From: an uncultured virus (IMG/VR IMGVR_UViG_3300042691_030539)
Taxonomy: Duplodnaviria > Heunggongvirae > Uroviricota > Caudoviricetes
Direction: 5' to 3' (one strand)
Virus record (IMG/VR): IMGVR_UViG_3300042691_030539
Length of the DNA stretch: 64,000 nt
The position numbers and the translations under genes were made by a program. The notes beneath the pieces are model-generated. The model made no database searches, was not told where the DNA came from, and saw nothing but the letters and a program-made list of their open reading frames with translations. Position 1 is the first letter of the stretch, and every line of letters begins with the position of its first letter. Positions 44,860 through 54,350 of this stretch are shown here, piece by piece.

Positions 44860-44988
44860 ATGGCAAAAGGAAAGAGTTTAGGTGATTCCCGTAAAATGAG
44901 TTTCGGCAAACGTAAAGGTGGTAAAGCAAGAAAATCATATAACAAACATGATAGATCAGAAAAAAACTATCGTGGACAGGGGAGATAA
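44860..44988 (+). CDS. 42-aa basic protein ending in YRGQGR (not in ORF track)
   Basis: MAKGKSLGDSRKMSFGKRKGGKARKSYNKHDRSEKNYRGQGR; fills gap, stop 2 nt before next ATG. Confidence 0.75.
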   Translation: MAKGKSLGDSRKMSFGKRKGGKARKSYNKHDRSEKNYRGQGR

Positions 44989-44990
44989 AA

Positions 44991-45995
44991 ATGATAAAAT
45001 TAAAAGACCTATTAAGGGAAGATGATGTCGTAAAAAATAAAAAGACAGGGAACGTCTATATGGTAAAAAAGATGGACCCGACTAAACACGACAAACCTAC
45101 ACCGGCCGAGGTAGAAAAAACAAAAGCGGCAAATAATGGACAAATCCCAAAAGGTGAAACTCCATCAGCACCTCCATTACAAAAACCACAAGGACAGCAA
45201 AAACAGGCACCAAAAATAGGTGCAACTGACTTCAAATCCTCCGCAGAAAAGGAACCTGCAAAATCTGGCAACAATGATATGAAATTAAAATCTTTGATGC
45301 CGGGAATAGATACATCAAAGAAAACACTTTCAGAGGTTCCACCAATAGAAAGACAAAAGATATCAACCGTTATAGATGACCTAGCCAAAATGGGATCGGA
45401 AGCAAAGGCTAAAGGTGAAAAGGCTCCTAACTTTAATTTGTGTAAAGTAAGTATTCCTGGAACAAATTTATATTGCGATGGAAACAAAGGAATTGAAAGA
45501 GCAGATATGCCGCAATTCAAAGGAACGCCAAGACCCGGCTCACCTGCCGATAAACTTCCAAAGGATGAAAATGGTGAAGCAGATACTGAAGAATTTTTCA
45601 AACAAATGTTAAATAAGCAGGGAATAAAAGTATCAGAACCACAATCAGTGCCGCCAGACCGCCTCAAAGCAACACAGAGTGAACTTGTAGGGGTTAAAGT
45701 TGCAGGTATGAGTAAAGTGTTGGATGATCCAAAACACCCAGCATACGCAAAAATAACAGCACCTATATACGTTTCCAATGATGGATATGTTTTAGATGGA
45801 CACCATAGATGGGCAGCTGTAGTTGCACACAATGCAGCAAATCCTGATAAACAAATTCCAATGAACGTTAGAGTAATTGATGAACCAATTGTTCCTCTTG
45901 TAAAACGTTCAAATGATTTCGCAGAACACATTGGAATAAGAGCAAAAGCTGCAGATACAGGCGCAGCGGGTGGCCCATCACCAATAACAAAATAA
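44991..45995 (+). CDS. ParB/Srx-like domain protein with low-complexity N-terminus
   Basis: LKATQSE, IYVSNDGYVLDGHHRWAA. Confidence 0.75.
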   Translation: MIKLKDLLREDDVVKNKKTGNVYMVKKMDPTKHDKPTPAEVEKTKAANNGQIPKGETPSAPPLQKPQGQQKQAPKIGATDFKSSAEKEPAKSGNNDMKLKSLMPGIDTSKKTLSEVPPIERQKISTVIDDLAKMGSEAKAKGEKAPNFNLCKVSIPGTNLYCDGNKGIERADMPQFKGTPRPGSPADKLPKDENGEADTEEFFKQMLNKQGIKVSEPQSVPPDRLKATQSELVGVKVAGMSKVLDDPKHPAYAKITAPIYVSNDGYVLDGHHRWAAVVAHNAANPDKQIPMNVRVIDEPIVPLVKRSNDFAEHIGIRAKAADTGAAGGPSPITK

Positions 45996-46050
45996 TTTTA
46001 TATTTATAGAAAATTGGTTATAGATTATATAACAATAAAATTATTTAAGT

Positions 46051-46881
46051 ATGCTTTTAAAAAGAGGTGATAATAACGAAAATGTAAAGTTAATGCAGGA
46101 GAAATTAGGAATTACTCCAGCAGTTACTAATTTTGGACCTAAAACCGAAGAAGCGGTTAAGGCATTCCAATTAAAACATGGTCTTACTCCCGATGGAATA
46201 GTTGGCCCTAAAACTTGGGAAATGATTATGGGAAAGCCCGTAGCACCAACAACGCCATCACCTACACCGATAGCATCTGTCGGTGGATTAAAGTTAGATA
46301 AACTTAAAGGACACATTCCTGATGTAGTGATTGCACAGATTCCAGATACAGCAGCAAAATTCAAAATAGATACTCCGTTAAAATTGGCACACTTTTTGGC
46401 ACAATGTGGACACGAAAGTGGTGGATTTAAAGTAACACAAGAAAATCTAAACTATTCAGCAAAGGGTTTGATGGGTATATTCAAAAAGTATTTTCCAACG
46501 GATGTAAAAGCAAAGGATTATGAACGTAAGCCTGAAAAAATTGCAAATTTAGTTTATGGTAATCGCATGGGTAACGGACCGGAATCATCTGGAGAAGGAT
46601 ACAAATTCCGTGGTCGGGGATATATCCAATTGACCGGAAAGGATAACTACACCGCATTCGGTAAAGCAATTGGTGAAGATATAGTTAGTAATCCTGATTT
46701 GGTTGCAAGCAAATATCCACTACTTTCAGCAGCATGGTTTTTTAGTAAAAATTGTTTAGGTAGGTGTACCGATGCATCTGATGCAGCAGTAACATCCGTA
46801 ACTAAATGTGTTAATGGTGGAACTATTGGGTTACCCGATAGAATAAAACATTTTAAAGAATATTATCATTTATTGGCATAA
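46051..46881 (+). CDS. Endolysin: peptidoglycan-binding domain + GH19 catalytic domain
   Basis: FGPKTEEAVKAFQ..HGL.PDGIVGPKTW; HFLAQCGHESGGF, FRGRGYIQLTG, VNGG. Confidence 0.92.
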   Translation: MLLKRGDNNENVKLMQEKLGITPAVTNFGPKTEEAVKAFQLKHGLTPDGIVGPKTWEMIMGKPVAPTTPSPTPIASVGGLKLDKLKGHIPDVVIAQIPDTAAKFKIDTPLKLAHFLAQCGHESGGFKVTQENLNYSAKGLMGIFKKYFPTDVKAKDYERKPEKIANLVYGNRMGNGPESSGEGYKFRGRGYIQLTGKDNYTAFGKAIGEDIVSNPDLVASKYPLLSAAWFFSKNCLGRCTDASDAAVTSVTKCVNGGTIGLPDRIKHFKEYYHLLA

Positions 46882-46884
46882 GAG

Positions 46885-46910
46885 AAGGGGAGTTAAATAC
46901 TCCCTTTTTT
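46885..46910 (+). terminator. Intrinsic terminator
   Basis: GGGAGT-TAAAT-ACTCCC then T run. Confidence 0.85.
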
Positions 46911-46911
46911 A

Positions 46912-46950
46912 TTTGGTTTTGTCACAAATTTTTCCTATATTAGTGACAAA
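46912..46950 (+). promoter_or_regulatory. Bacteroidota-type promoter with flanking inverted repeat
   Basis: TTTG-20 nt-TATATTAG; TTTGTCAC-17 nt-GTGACAAA. Confidence 0.7.
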
Positions 46951-46958
46951 TAAAAAAT

Positions 46959-47141
46959 ATGAATAAAGTAAAAGTTGTTACAAACATTTTAATAGTCACA
47001 TCGGTGATTGCGTTAGCAATATCATACGTCAGTCAATTATTATCAGTAGTTCCGGATTTAAACTTTTTAGAATCAGTTGGCGTTTATTGTATTTGGACAC
47101 CAATTCATCATGCGTTTACATTCACTGCAAAGCAAGATTAA
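46959..47141 (+). CDS. Small membrane protein
   Basis: Two hydrophobic segments. Confidence 0.55.
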   Translation: MNKVKVVTNILIVTSVIALAISYVSQLLSVVPDLNFLESVGVYCIWTPIHHAFTFTAKQD

Positions 47142-47150
47142 TCATAAAAA

Positions 47151-47792
47151 ATGAAGACTCTTTGGACATTTGGTGATAGTTTAACTGCTCCATTTGATTA
47201 TGCCTATACTTGGTCTGCCGATTATATAAAATGGAAAGGGTACGTTCCTAAAGTTTATGGTAATATAATTTCGGAAAAGTTGGGTTATCAATTAAAAAAT
47301 TTAGGTGTAGGCGGATCCGATAATTATTCAATATTTCAGGCCTTTTGTGATGTTTCTCACAAAATAAAAGAAAATGATTTGGTTATATTTGGATGGTCAT
47401 CACCAATACGATTTAGATTGGTGAACATTAATGGTAGTTGGCTTACTATACTACCAAATTATGAAAATAGATACCTGGAGTGTAAAAATATCACAGAGGA
47501 AACTTTATCTCAAATTATAATAAATAGAGAAAATTTTAGATATGTAGATGAGGTTAATAGTTGGATACGAATGATTACTAACTTTGTTAAAAATGTAGAT
47601 ATAATCCATTGGACTGCATTTGATAGTAGAATTATGTCTATTCATATAAACGGTCTCGATCTTATAAAAGATGAAACGAATGGTTTAGTTATGGATACGC
47701 ATTTTAGTGAAAAAGGACAGCAACAATTATCTGAAATTTTACTTAATCATTTTAACAATATAAATAGAACACAAAAAATAAAACTAATATGA
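47151..47792 (+). CDS. SGNH-hydrolase-like protein
   Basis: FGDS, NLGVGGSDN, DTHF (DxH). Confidence 0.65.
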   Translation: MKTLWTFGDSLTAPFDYAYTWSADYIKWKGYVPKVYGNIISEKLGYQLKNLGVGGSDNYSIFQAFCDVSHKIKENDLVIFGWSSPIRFRLVNINGSWLTILPNYENRYLECKNITEETLSQIIINRENFRYVDEVNSWIRMITNFVKNVDIIHWTAFDSRIMSIHINGLDLIKDETNGLVMDTHFSEKGQQQLSEILLNHFNNINRTQKIKLI

Positions 47793-48787
47793 TAAATGAA
47801 TTAGATAGGCAATATAAAGAATTGTTAGAAACAATAATTCACTTTGGAATCGAAAAGAAAGATAGGACGGGTACGGGTACTAAATCCGTATTTGGATATA
47901 CTATCCGCCACAATATGCAAAAAGGATTCCCATTACTCACAACAAAGAAGATGGCATGGAAGCAAATTGTTAGTGAATTACTTTGGTTTTTAAGAGGTGA
48001 TACTAACATAGAGTTTTTACATAAACACAACAATCATATTTGGGATGGTGATTATAAAAAGAGTGGAAGAACTGATGGTGAGTTAGGACCTATTTATGGA
48101 AAGCAGTGGAGAGATTGGGGTGGAAGGGATGAAGTAAAAGTTACAAATGAAAGGGATGAAAATGGTTATCTTAAATTTGAGAAAAATCATATTAAGGGTA
48201 TAGACCAAATCGAAAATTTAATAAACGAACTCACAACAAATCCAGATAGTAGAAGATTAATCGTTAGTGCATGGAATGTGTCTGATTTGGATAAAATGGT
48301 TTTACCACCTTGTCATTATGGATTCCAATGTTGGACGAGAGAATTAACTATTAAAGAAAGACTTGAATTGTGGGATAAAATTCCTAATAGAAACATTATG
48401 GATTTCCCCACAGGACCCGTTACAGAAAAACAATATCACGATGTATTGGATAAAATTGGAGTAAAAAGACGAGCAATATCTCTTATGTGGAATCAACGAA
48501 GTGTGGACACATTTTTAGGATTGCCATTCAATATTGCATCATATGGTTTATTATTAACAATGATAGCCGATGAAGTGGGTATGATGCCGGATGAATTAAT
48601 TGGAAATTTGGGTGATACACACCTTTACCTTAATCATATTGAGCAAGCTAAAGAACAAATCAGTAGAACGCCATACGAACTACCGAAGGTTTTTGTTAGA
48701 GATGGAATTGAATCGTTTATGCCTGATGATATTGTTTTAGAAAACTACCAATCCCACCCAACAATTAAAGCACCATTGAGTAATTAG
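47789..48787 (+). CDS. thyA: Thymidylate synthase ThyA
   Basis: DRTGTGT, ELLWFL, SRRLIVSAWN, LPPCH, QRSVD..LGLPFNIASY, DTHLY.NH. Confidence 0.96.
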   Translation: MINELDRQYKELLETIIHFGIEKKDRTGTGTKSVFGYTIRHNMQKGFPLLTTKKMAWKQIVSELLWFLRGDTNIEFLHKHNNHIWDGDYKKSGRTDGELGPIYGKQWRDWGGRDEVKVTNERDENGYLKFEKNHIKGIDQIENLINELTTNPDSRRLIVSAWNVSDLDKMVLPPCHYGFQCWTRELTIKERLELWDKIPNRNIMDFPTGPVTEKQYHDVLDKIGVKRRAISLMWNQRSVDTFLGLPFNIASYGLLLTMIADEVGMMPDELIGNLGDTHLYLNHIEQAKEQISRTPYELPKVFVRDGIESFMPDDIVLENYQSHPTIKAPLSN

Positions 48788-48862
48788 TGACATAATCCAA
48801 AAATAAATTATATTTATAGTAGTGAATTGGTTATAGATTTTAAATTTAAAACCAATAACAAA

Positions 48863-49171
48863 ATGGCAGCAAGAAAATCAACGGTTGTTGACAGTGTGGC
48901 AGGAACTATAAAACCACCCATATCTTTTAAAGAATTTTCAAAAGATCCTGTTAAAGGATTATTGTTTATAGTTTTGATAGCAATTGGATATCTTTATGTT
49001 GATATTAAAATGTCAAATAAAGAAATTCAAACAAAGCAAGATGCTACTATACAACAATACGCAGCAAAAGTAGATACTTTACAAAAGCAAGTAAACATAC
49101 TTATCCAACAGGCAGCATCATCGCAAGCAAAAATGGAAGTATTAGAATCGTTAAAACAAATACCTAAATAA
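48863..49171 (+). CDS. Single-TM coiled-coil protein (lysis cassette candidate)
   Basis: TM GLLFIVLIAIGYLYV then coiled coil. Confidence 0.6.
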   Translation: MAARKSTVVDSVAGTIKPPISFKEFSKDPVKGLLFIVLIAIGYLYVDIKMSNKEIQTKQDATIQQYAAKVDTLQKQVNILIQQAASSQAKMEVLESLKQIPK

Positions 49172-49173
49172 AA

Positions 49174-49518
49174 ATGAGAATAGTATACATCGTATTATTA
49201 TTTTTTATGTACTCTTGCACATTGGGTATAGGACAGCAGCAAGATGAGCAGGCAAAAAAGGAAGCGGAATATCAAGAGTTATTGAAAAAATCAAAAGAGA
49301 GTCAAACGAAAAGTGAACTTGCTATAAAAGCAGCAGACCAACAAACCGCAAAAACTATACAAAAAGCTGCAAGTACGATAACTAATTTGAGAGAAGAAGT
49401 AAAGGAATTAAAACAAGAACTAAATGAAAAAAATGAAAAATTGGATTCTGTTAGTAATACTAATAATGGTATCAAATTTGAATTACGCCCAATACCCAAT
49501 AGTAAAGAAAATTGGTAA
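49174..49518 (+). CDS. Coiled-coil lipoprotein (spanin-like)
   Basis: Lipobox FFMYSC, heptads. Confidence 0.55.
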   Translation: MRIVYIVLLFFMYSCTLGIGQQQDEQAKKEAEYQELLKKSKESQTKSELAIKAADQQTAKTIQKAASTITNLREEVKELKQELNEKNEKLDSVSNTNNGIKFELRPIPNSKENW

Positions 49519-49849
49519 CGATTCTGTTATTCTAATTACTTTAAAGCAGGGTAATGACATTAATAAAAAATTTGATGAAAATAAATTATTGATGGAAAAA
49601 ATGTCCGATACCATTTCTACTTTGAAAATGGGTGTTAAAGAATTTAAAAGTTTATCGGATAGTTTAGCATTCAAAAATATCAGAACACAATCCGTTTCTG
49701 ATAGTTTTAGATATATGTATGAACAGAATAAGATAATTTATTTGGATAGAGAAAAGTTTTGGGATAAAAATTTTAAAAGAGAACAAAGATTATTCGCAAT
49801 AAACGGAACAGCATTAGTTTTATTATGTATGTTGTTAGCTTGGTTATAG
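49424..49849 (+). CDS. Signal-peptide protein with C-terminal TM (spanin partner candidate)
   Basis: Overlaps previous gene by ~95 nt; signal peptide ending NYA-Q; C-terminal TM. Confidence 0.55.
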   Translation: MKKMKNWILLVILIMVSNLNYAQYPIVKKIGNDSVILITLKQGNDINKKFDENKLLMEKMSDTISTLKMGVKEFKSLSDSLAFKNIRTQSVSDSFRYMYEQNKIIYLDREKFWDKNFKREQRLFAINGTALVLLCMLLAWL

Positions 49850-49876
49850 TTTTTTTAACAATTAAAAATAAAAACT

Positions 49877-50155
49877 ATGGGATTTTGGACAGACCTTTTT
49901 AAAGACAACAATGATATCAACGAAAAATCAGTAGTTGGTTTCGTATCATTCACTTGCATGGTGATTGCATTGGTGGTAGATTTGGTAACCGGAGCAATGG
50001 GTAAAGAATTACTCATTAACGAATTCATATTTGATGGATTCATGGTTATCACTTTAGGATCATTTGGTATTGCATCAATAGATAAGTGGACTAACAGAAA
50101 GACCGAAATTGAAAAAGAAAAGTTGAATGTAGAACCAGAGGAAGAGTTGGGATAA
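49877..50155 (+). CDS. Two-TM holin-like protein
   Basis: Two TM helices, charged C-terminus. Confidence 0.55.
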   Translation: MGFWTDLFKDNNDINEKSVVGFVSFTCMVIALVVDLVTGAMGKELLINEFIFDGFMVITLGSFGIASIDKWTNRKTEIEKEKLNVEPEEELG

Positions 50156-50160
50156 TTATT

Positions 50161-50188
50161 CTTAATAATTTCTTAATATTGAATTAAT
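50161..50188 (+). promoter_or_regulatory. Pho-box-like direct repeats (OmpR/PhoB-family site)
   Basis: CTTAAT (50161), CTTAAT (50172), ATTAAT (50183): exact 11-bp period upstream of the TonB receptor. Confidence 0.55.
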
Positions 50189-50241
50189 CAATTTAAAGAA
50201 ACGCTATCATAGTTATTTGGGAACTAACTTAAAATAACTTT

Positions 50242-52494
50242 ATGAGAGCGTTTCTTTTTTTATTGTTACTATTACCAATTGTAACCCACTCCCAAGACAC
50301 TTTATTTAATAAAACATTATCATCGGTAACAATAAGATCTGCCGGTAAAAAAACAACTGAAATTGCAGTAATAAATACAATTCGTAATTCATCCATAGTT
50401 TCAGATGGGGTATCTGTTGAGTTTATTAAAAAAACACCTGATAGAAATGTAGGTGATGCACTTAAAAGAGTGAGTGGAGTTACTATACAAAACGATAAGT
50501 TTGTATTAGTAAGAGGATTGGCAGATAGATACAATTCTGCGTGGTTAAATAAAACTCCACTACCATCAACGGAGCCAGATAGAAGATCATTCTCTTTTGA
50601 TATAATACCAACAGCATTAATTGATAATATTATTGTTGCCAAATCCGCATCAGCAAACTTACCTGGCGATTGGGCAGGTGGATTGGTTCAAATTGCAACA
50701 AAAGATGTATCGGATAACTTTTTTAATATCTCATTGGGAAGTGGTTGGGGTTTGGTTTCGACTTCGAAAAGTTTCAAGTTAGTTCAATCTACCGAATTCC
50801 CTTCCACATTCCCATCAACCTACAAATACAGAATTAGTGGAAATGGTGATAAAAGATTATATACAAAGCAATTTGGTAATTCTGATGTTAATAATTTTAC
50901 ATCAATTCCAAACTTAAATGGTGGATTATCATTTGGATATAAGAGAAGTAAATGGAATGCTTTATTGAGTTCTACGATTAGAAATACATATACACTTAAT
51001 TTTATTGATAGAAAGGATTACCAATCATCAACTGAATTGGCATACGATTACAAAGATACTTTATTTGCAAAAAGGTTTTCCGTAAACGGACTTGCCAACT
51101 TAACTTATTTGGGTGAGAATCGATATAGTTGGAAAACATTGGTAAATTATCAAACAGATGATACATATCTAACGCGTAATGGTGATAACTTTGATAATGT
51201 TCAAAATGTTAGAAGTACATCATCAAATCATTTGAATACAATAGTAATTAATTCTCAATTAGATGGTAAAATTAAAACATTTGATTTTAATTTAGGATAC
51301 AATTATATTTTTAGAGAACAACCTGATTATCGAGTCAATCCAATCACAAAATCATTGGGGATTAATGAATCATATCAAACCGCTTGGAGAGATACTTATC
51401 GTTTTTGGAGTGTAATGGATGAAAACTCTTTTAATGGTAATATCAATAAAGACTTTGGTAAGATTAAAGTCGGTGGTGGTTATCTAAAAAAGATTAGAGG
51501 ATTTAATGCGAGAGTATTCCGTTACCAATCAATTGATATGATGGATGAAATAACAAACAACACCGATAGATACAGTGCCGATTTTCAATTGGGATATATA
51601 TACTCAATGTATGATAATCAATTTGGCAAGTGGAAAGTAAACGCAGGATTAAGGAGTGAATATAATTTATTTGATGTAGTTACCGCAGATTTTAGTGGAC
51701 AGACGGTAAATGTGGATAGAGAATATTTGGACCTGTTACCTTCAATCAATATTTCATTCAATGAAGATAAAACAAAATATAGATTTTCAGTAAGTAAAAC
51801 TTTGGCAAGACCTGAATTCAGAGAAGTAGCTAATTTTGCTTATTATGATTTTGTAAGAAACGCACAGATATTGGGTAACTCAAAGTTAGAAAAATCGGAC
51901 ATATATAATGTAGACCTTAAATACGAATGGTATCCAAAATTAGGTGAAAATATTTCAATATCCGCATTTGGTAAGAACTTCATCAAACCAATTGAACAAA
52001 TCGTAGCAGATGGTTCAGTTCCTTCTAATCTTTTATTAACTTATACAAATCCTAATTCAGCTATCCTATATGGTGTTGAGTTGGAAGTTCGTAAAAAGAT
52101 AAATGGTTGGTTTGATTTCTATACAAACGCTTCGGTGATGAATTCAGAAGTAGAAGTAAATGGTGTGAAAAGACAATTACAGGGACAATCAAACTATGTG
52201 TTAAACGCAGGAGTAAACATTCACAAAAAGAATAATACTATCAATTTAACTTACAATAGAGTTGGTGATAGAATATCAGCAGTGGGATTTCAGGGTTACC
52301 CAAACATATTTGAAAATAGTAGAGATGTATTGGATATAACTATTTTACATAAACTTCCAAAAGGAGAAATAAAGTTGGCGATAGGTGATGTATTTGCGCA
52401 ACCATCAATCTATTACCAAAAGTTACAAAACAGAAATCTAATAAAAACAAACAACGAACAAACGATTTCATTAACATTAAATTTGAATTTATGA
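50242..52494 (+). CDS. TonB-dependent outer-membrane receptor
   Basis: Signal peptide, TonB-box-like LSSVTIRS, plug (GDALKRVSGV...VRGL.DRY...GG.VQI.TK), ARPEFRE, beta-signal ending LTLNLNL. Confidence 0.92.
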   Translation: MRAFLFLLLLLPIVTHSQDTLFNKTLSSVTIRSAGKKTTEIAVINTIRNSSIVSDGVSVEFIKKTPDRNVGDALKRVSGVTIQNDKFVLVRGLADRYNSAWLNKTPLPSTEPDRRSFSFDIIPTALIDNIIVAKSASANLPGDWAGGLVQIATKDVSDNFFNISLGSGWGLVSTSKSFKLVQSTEFPSTFPSTYKYRISGNGDKRLYTKQFGNSDVNNFTSIPNLNGGLSFGYKRSKWNALLSSTIRNTYTLNFIDRKDYQSSTELAYDYKDTLFAKRFSVNGLANLTYLGENRYSWKTLVNYQTDDTYLTRNGDNFDNVQNVRSTSSNHLNTIVINSQLDGKIKTFDFNLGYNYIFREQPDYRVNPITKSLGINESYQTAWRDTYRFWSVMDENSFNGNINKDFGKIKVGGGYLKKIRGFNARVFRYQSIDMMDEITNNTDRYSADFQLGYIYSMYDNQFGKWKVNAGLRSEYNLFDVVTADFSGQTVNVDREYLDLLPSINISFNEDKTKYRFSVSKTLARPEFREVANFAYYDFVRNAQILGNSKLEKSDIYNVDLKYEWYPKLGENISISAFGKNFIKPIEQIVADGSVPSNLLLTYTNPNSAILYGVELEVRKKINGWFDFYTNASVMNSEVEVNGVKRQLQGQSNYVLNAGVNIHKKNNTINLTYNRVGDRISAVGFQGYPNIFENSRDVLDITILHKLPKGEIKLAIGDVFAQPSIYYQKLQNRNLIKTNNEQTISLTLNLNL

Positions 52495-53693
52495 AAAAAT
52501 TATTAGGATTAGTTATTTTAATTGGCATATTTGGGTGCTCTAAAAATTTAGGTGGTATAGATGAACCAATTAACGTACCATCATCAACAACTATTACAGG
52601 AACTATTAATACCACAACAACTTTGACATCCGACAAAGTTTGGACATTAAGAGGTTATGTATATGTAACAGATGGTGCAAAGTTAATCATACAACCTGGT
52701 ACAAAAATAGTATCCGATATCGCAGAAAAAGGTGCACTATGTATTGAAAGAGGCGCACAAATTATTGCAGAAGGAAACCCATCCAACCCGATTGTATTTA
52801 CATCTGGAAAACCCGATGGACAAAAAGCACCCGGCGATTGGGGTGGTATTGTGATATTGGGCAGAGCAAAAACAAATCGTTCATCCGAACCAACCATTGA
52901 GGGTGGTATTGGTAGACCTTATGGTGGAACAAATGATTCCGATAATAGCGGTATTCTAAAATATGTAAGAATAGAGTACGCAGGTATTGCTGCATTACCA
53001 AACTCTGAAATCAACGCACTAACATTGGGTGGTGTTGGTAGTGGAACAATTATTGAGAATGTTCAAACTATTTACGCTAATGATGATGCATTTGAATTCT
53101 TCGGGGGAACTGTATCGCCAAGAAACTTATATGCATTTGCAACCGCAGATGATGATTTTGATTTTGATTTTGGATACACAGGGAATTTAACCAATGGTGT
53201 GGCAAAAAGAGACCCACAATTTGTAGATAATGGTGATGCTGGAAATGGTATAGAATGTGATAACGATGGAGTCGGTTCATTGGCACAACCTTTTACGCAT
53301 CCTAAATTAAATGGTATGATTCTTATTGGACCATTTGATGCAACCGCATTGGCAAACCACAATTTAGGTTTAAGATGGAGACGTGCAACGCAATTCACAA
53401 TAACAAACTCAAAGATATTGGGTTATCAGAAGGGAGCATTTTCTATTGAAAGTAACGAAACGGCACAGGCGTATAAAGATGGGGTATCTAAATTTCAAAA
53501 TAACGAAGTTCAAGCATTTGACCCATTATTAAATTTCAAATCTACATCAACAATATTTACAGCAGCTCAAATGAAAGAAAAAGCTTTAGGAGAAGGAAAT
53601 GTGGAAAAGACTTATACAAAAATAGAAATGGAAAATTTATCTAAACCATTATGGACAAATGGATGGACTAGATTTCCACAGAAAGGGAATTAA
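52491..53693 (+). CDS. Beta-helix outer-membrane lipoprotein partnered with the TBDR
   Basis: Lipobox IFGC; PIVFTS, GDWGG, SG.LKYVRIEYAG, DDAFEFFGG, DDDFDFD.GY. Confidence 0.85.
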   Translation: MKKLLGLVILIGIFGCSKNLGGIDEPINVPSSTTITGTINTTTTLTSDKVWTLRGYVYVTDGAKLIIQPGTKIVSDIAEKGALCIERGAQIIAEGNPSNPIVFTSGKPDGQKAPGDWGGIVILGRAKTNRSSEPTIEGGIGRPYGGTNDSDNSGILKYVRIEYAGIAALPNSEINALTLGGVGSGTIIENVQTIYANDDAFEFFGGTVSPRNLYAFATADDDFDFDFGYTGNLTNGVAKRDPQFVDNGDAGNGIECDNDGVGSLAQPFTHPKLNGMILIGPFDATALANHNLGLRWRRATQFTITNSKILGYQKGAFSIESNETAQAYKDGVSKFQNNEVQAFDPLLNFKSTSTIFTAAQMKEKALGEGNVEKTYTKIEMENLSKPLWTNGWTRFPQKGN

Positions 53694-53697
53694 AAAT

Positions 53698-53724
53698 AAA
53701 AGGGAGGATTTTCTCCCTTTTTTT
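53698..53724 (+). terminator. Intrinsic terminator
   Basis: AAAAGGGAG-GATTTT-CTCCCTTTT then further T. Confidence 0.85.
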
Positions 53725-53744
53725 ATATTTATCAAAAAGAATTG

Positions 53745-54341
53745 ATGAAGTCATTTTTGTTGGTATTGTTTTCGTTTGTATCTGTATTTTCATTTGGACA
53801 ATTAAGAGATTCGGTTAGGGTAACGAATAGAGTGTTTGATGTTGTTTACTCTGAAAAATTACAACAACCAAAATGGTTAGTTTACTATTCCACAAATAGA
53901 CCTTCCAATGTGACAAGATCTGGGTTGGATTTCTACACAGAACCAAATATTAAAACATCGGATGGTGCCGATTATTACGCAAACGTTTGGGATAAAGGGC
54001 ATTTAGCACCGGCAGCAACCTTCGCAGATTCTATACATCTAATGAAGCAGACTTTCTCATATCTAAATTGTATTTTACAACATCAGGACTTAAATAGAGG
54101 TGAATGGAGATTATTGGAAGAGCAAGAGAGAGTTTGGGATAATATAGAATCATTGAAAATAAAGGTTCAAATATTTTTTGATAGTACATCACAACTATTA
54201 GCAACGGGTGCAACTGTGCCATCTTATTTTATAAAACATATATACTTTCAAAAGTCAAATAAGTGGAAGTGTTTTAAATTTAAAAATGTAAAGCCAACAA
54301 TAAGTTGGAAAAATTCCGAAATAATTTGTATATCACATTAA
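53745..54341 (+). CDS. Secreted DNA/RNA non-specific endonuclease (NucA/EndoG family)
   Basis: Signal peptide; DKGHLAPA, N..LQ...LNRGEW..LE. Confidence 0.9.
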   Translation: MKSFLLVLFSFVSVFSFGQLRDSVRVTNRVFDVVYSEKLQQPKWLVYYSTNRPSNVTRSGLDFYTEPNIKTSDGADYYANVWDKGHLAPAATFADSIHLMKQTFSYLNCILQHQDLNRGEWRLLEEQERVWDNIESLKIKVQIFFDSTSQLLATGATVPSYFIKHIYFQKSNKWKCFKFKNVKPTISWKNSEIICISH

Positions 54342-54350
54342 ATTACTACA

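Noticed and set aside
45056..45931. 291-aa minus-strand ORF
   Set aside because: Antisense shadow of the ParB-like gene, with no recognisable motif. The same applies to the other minus-strand ORFs, which overlap well-supported + strand genes or RNAs.
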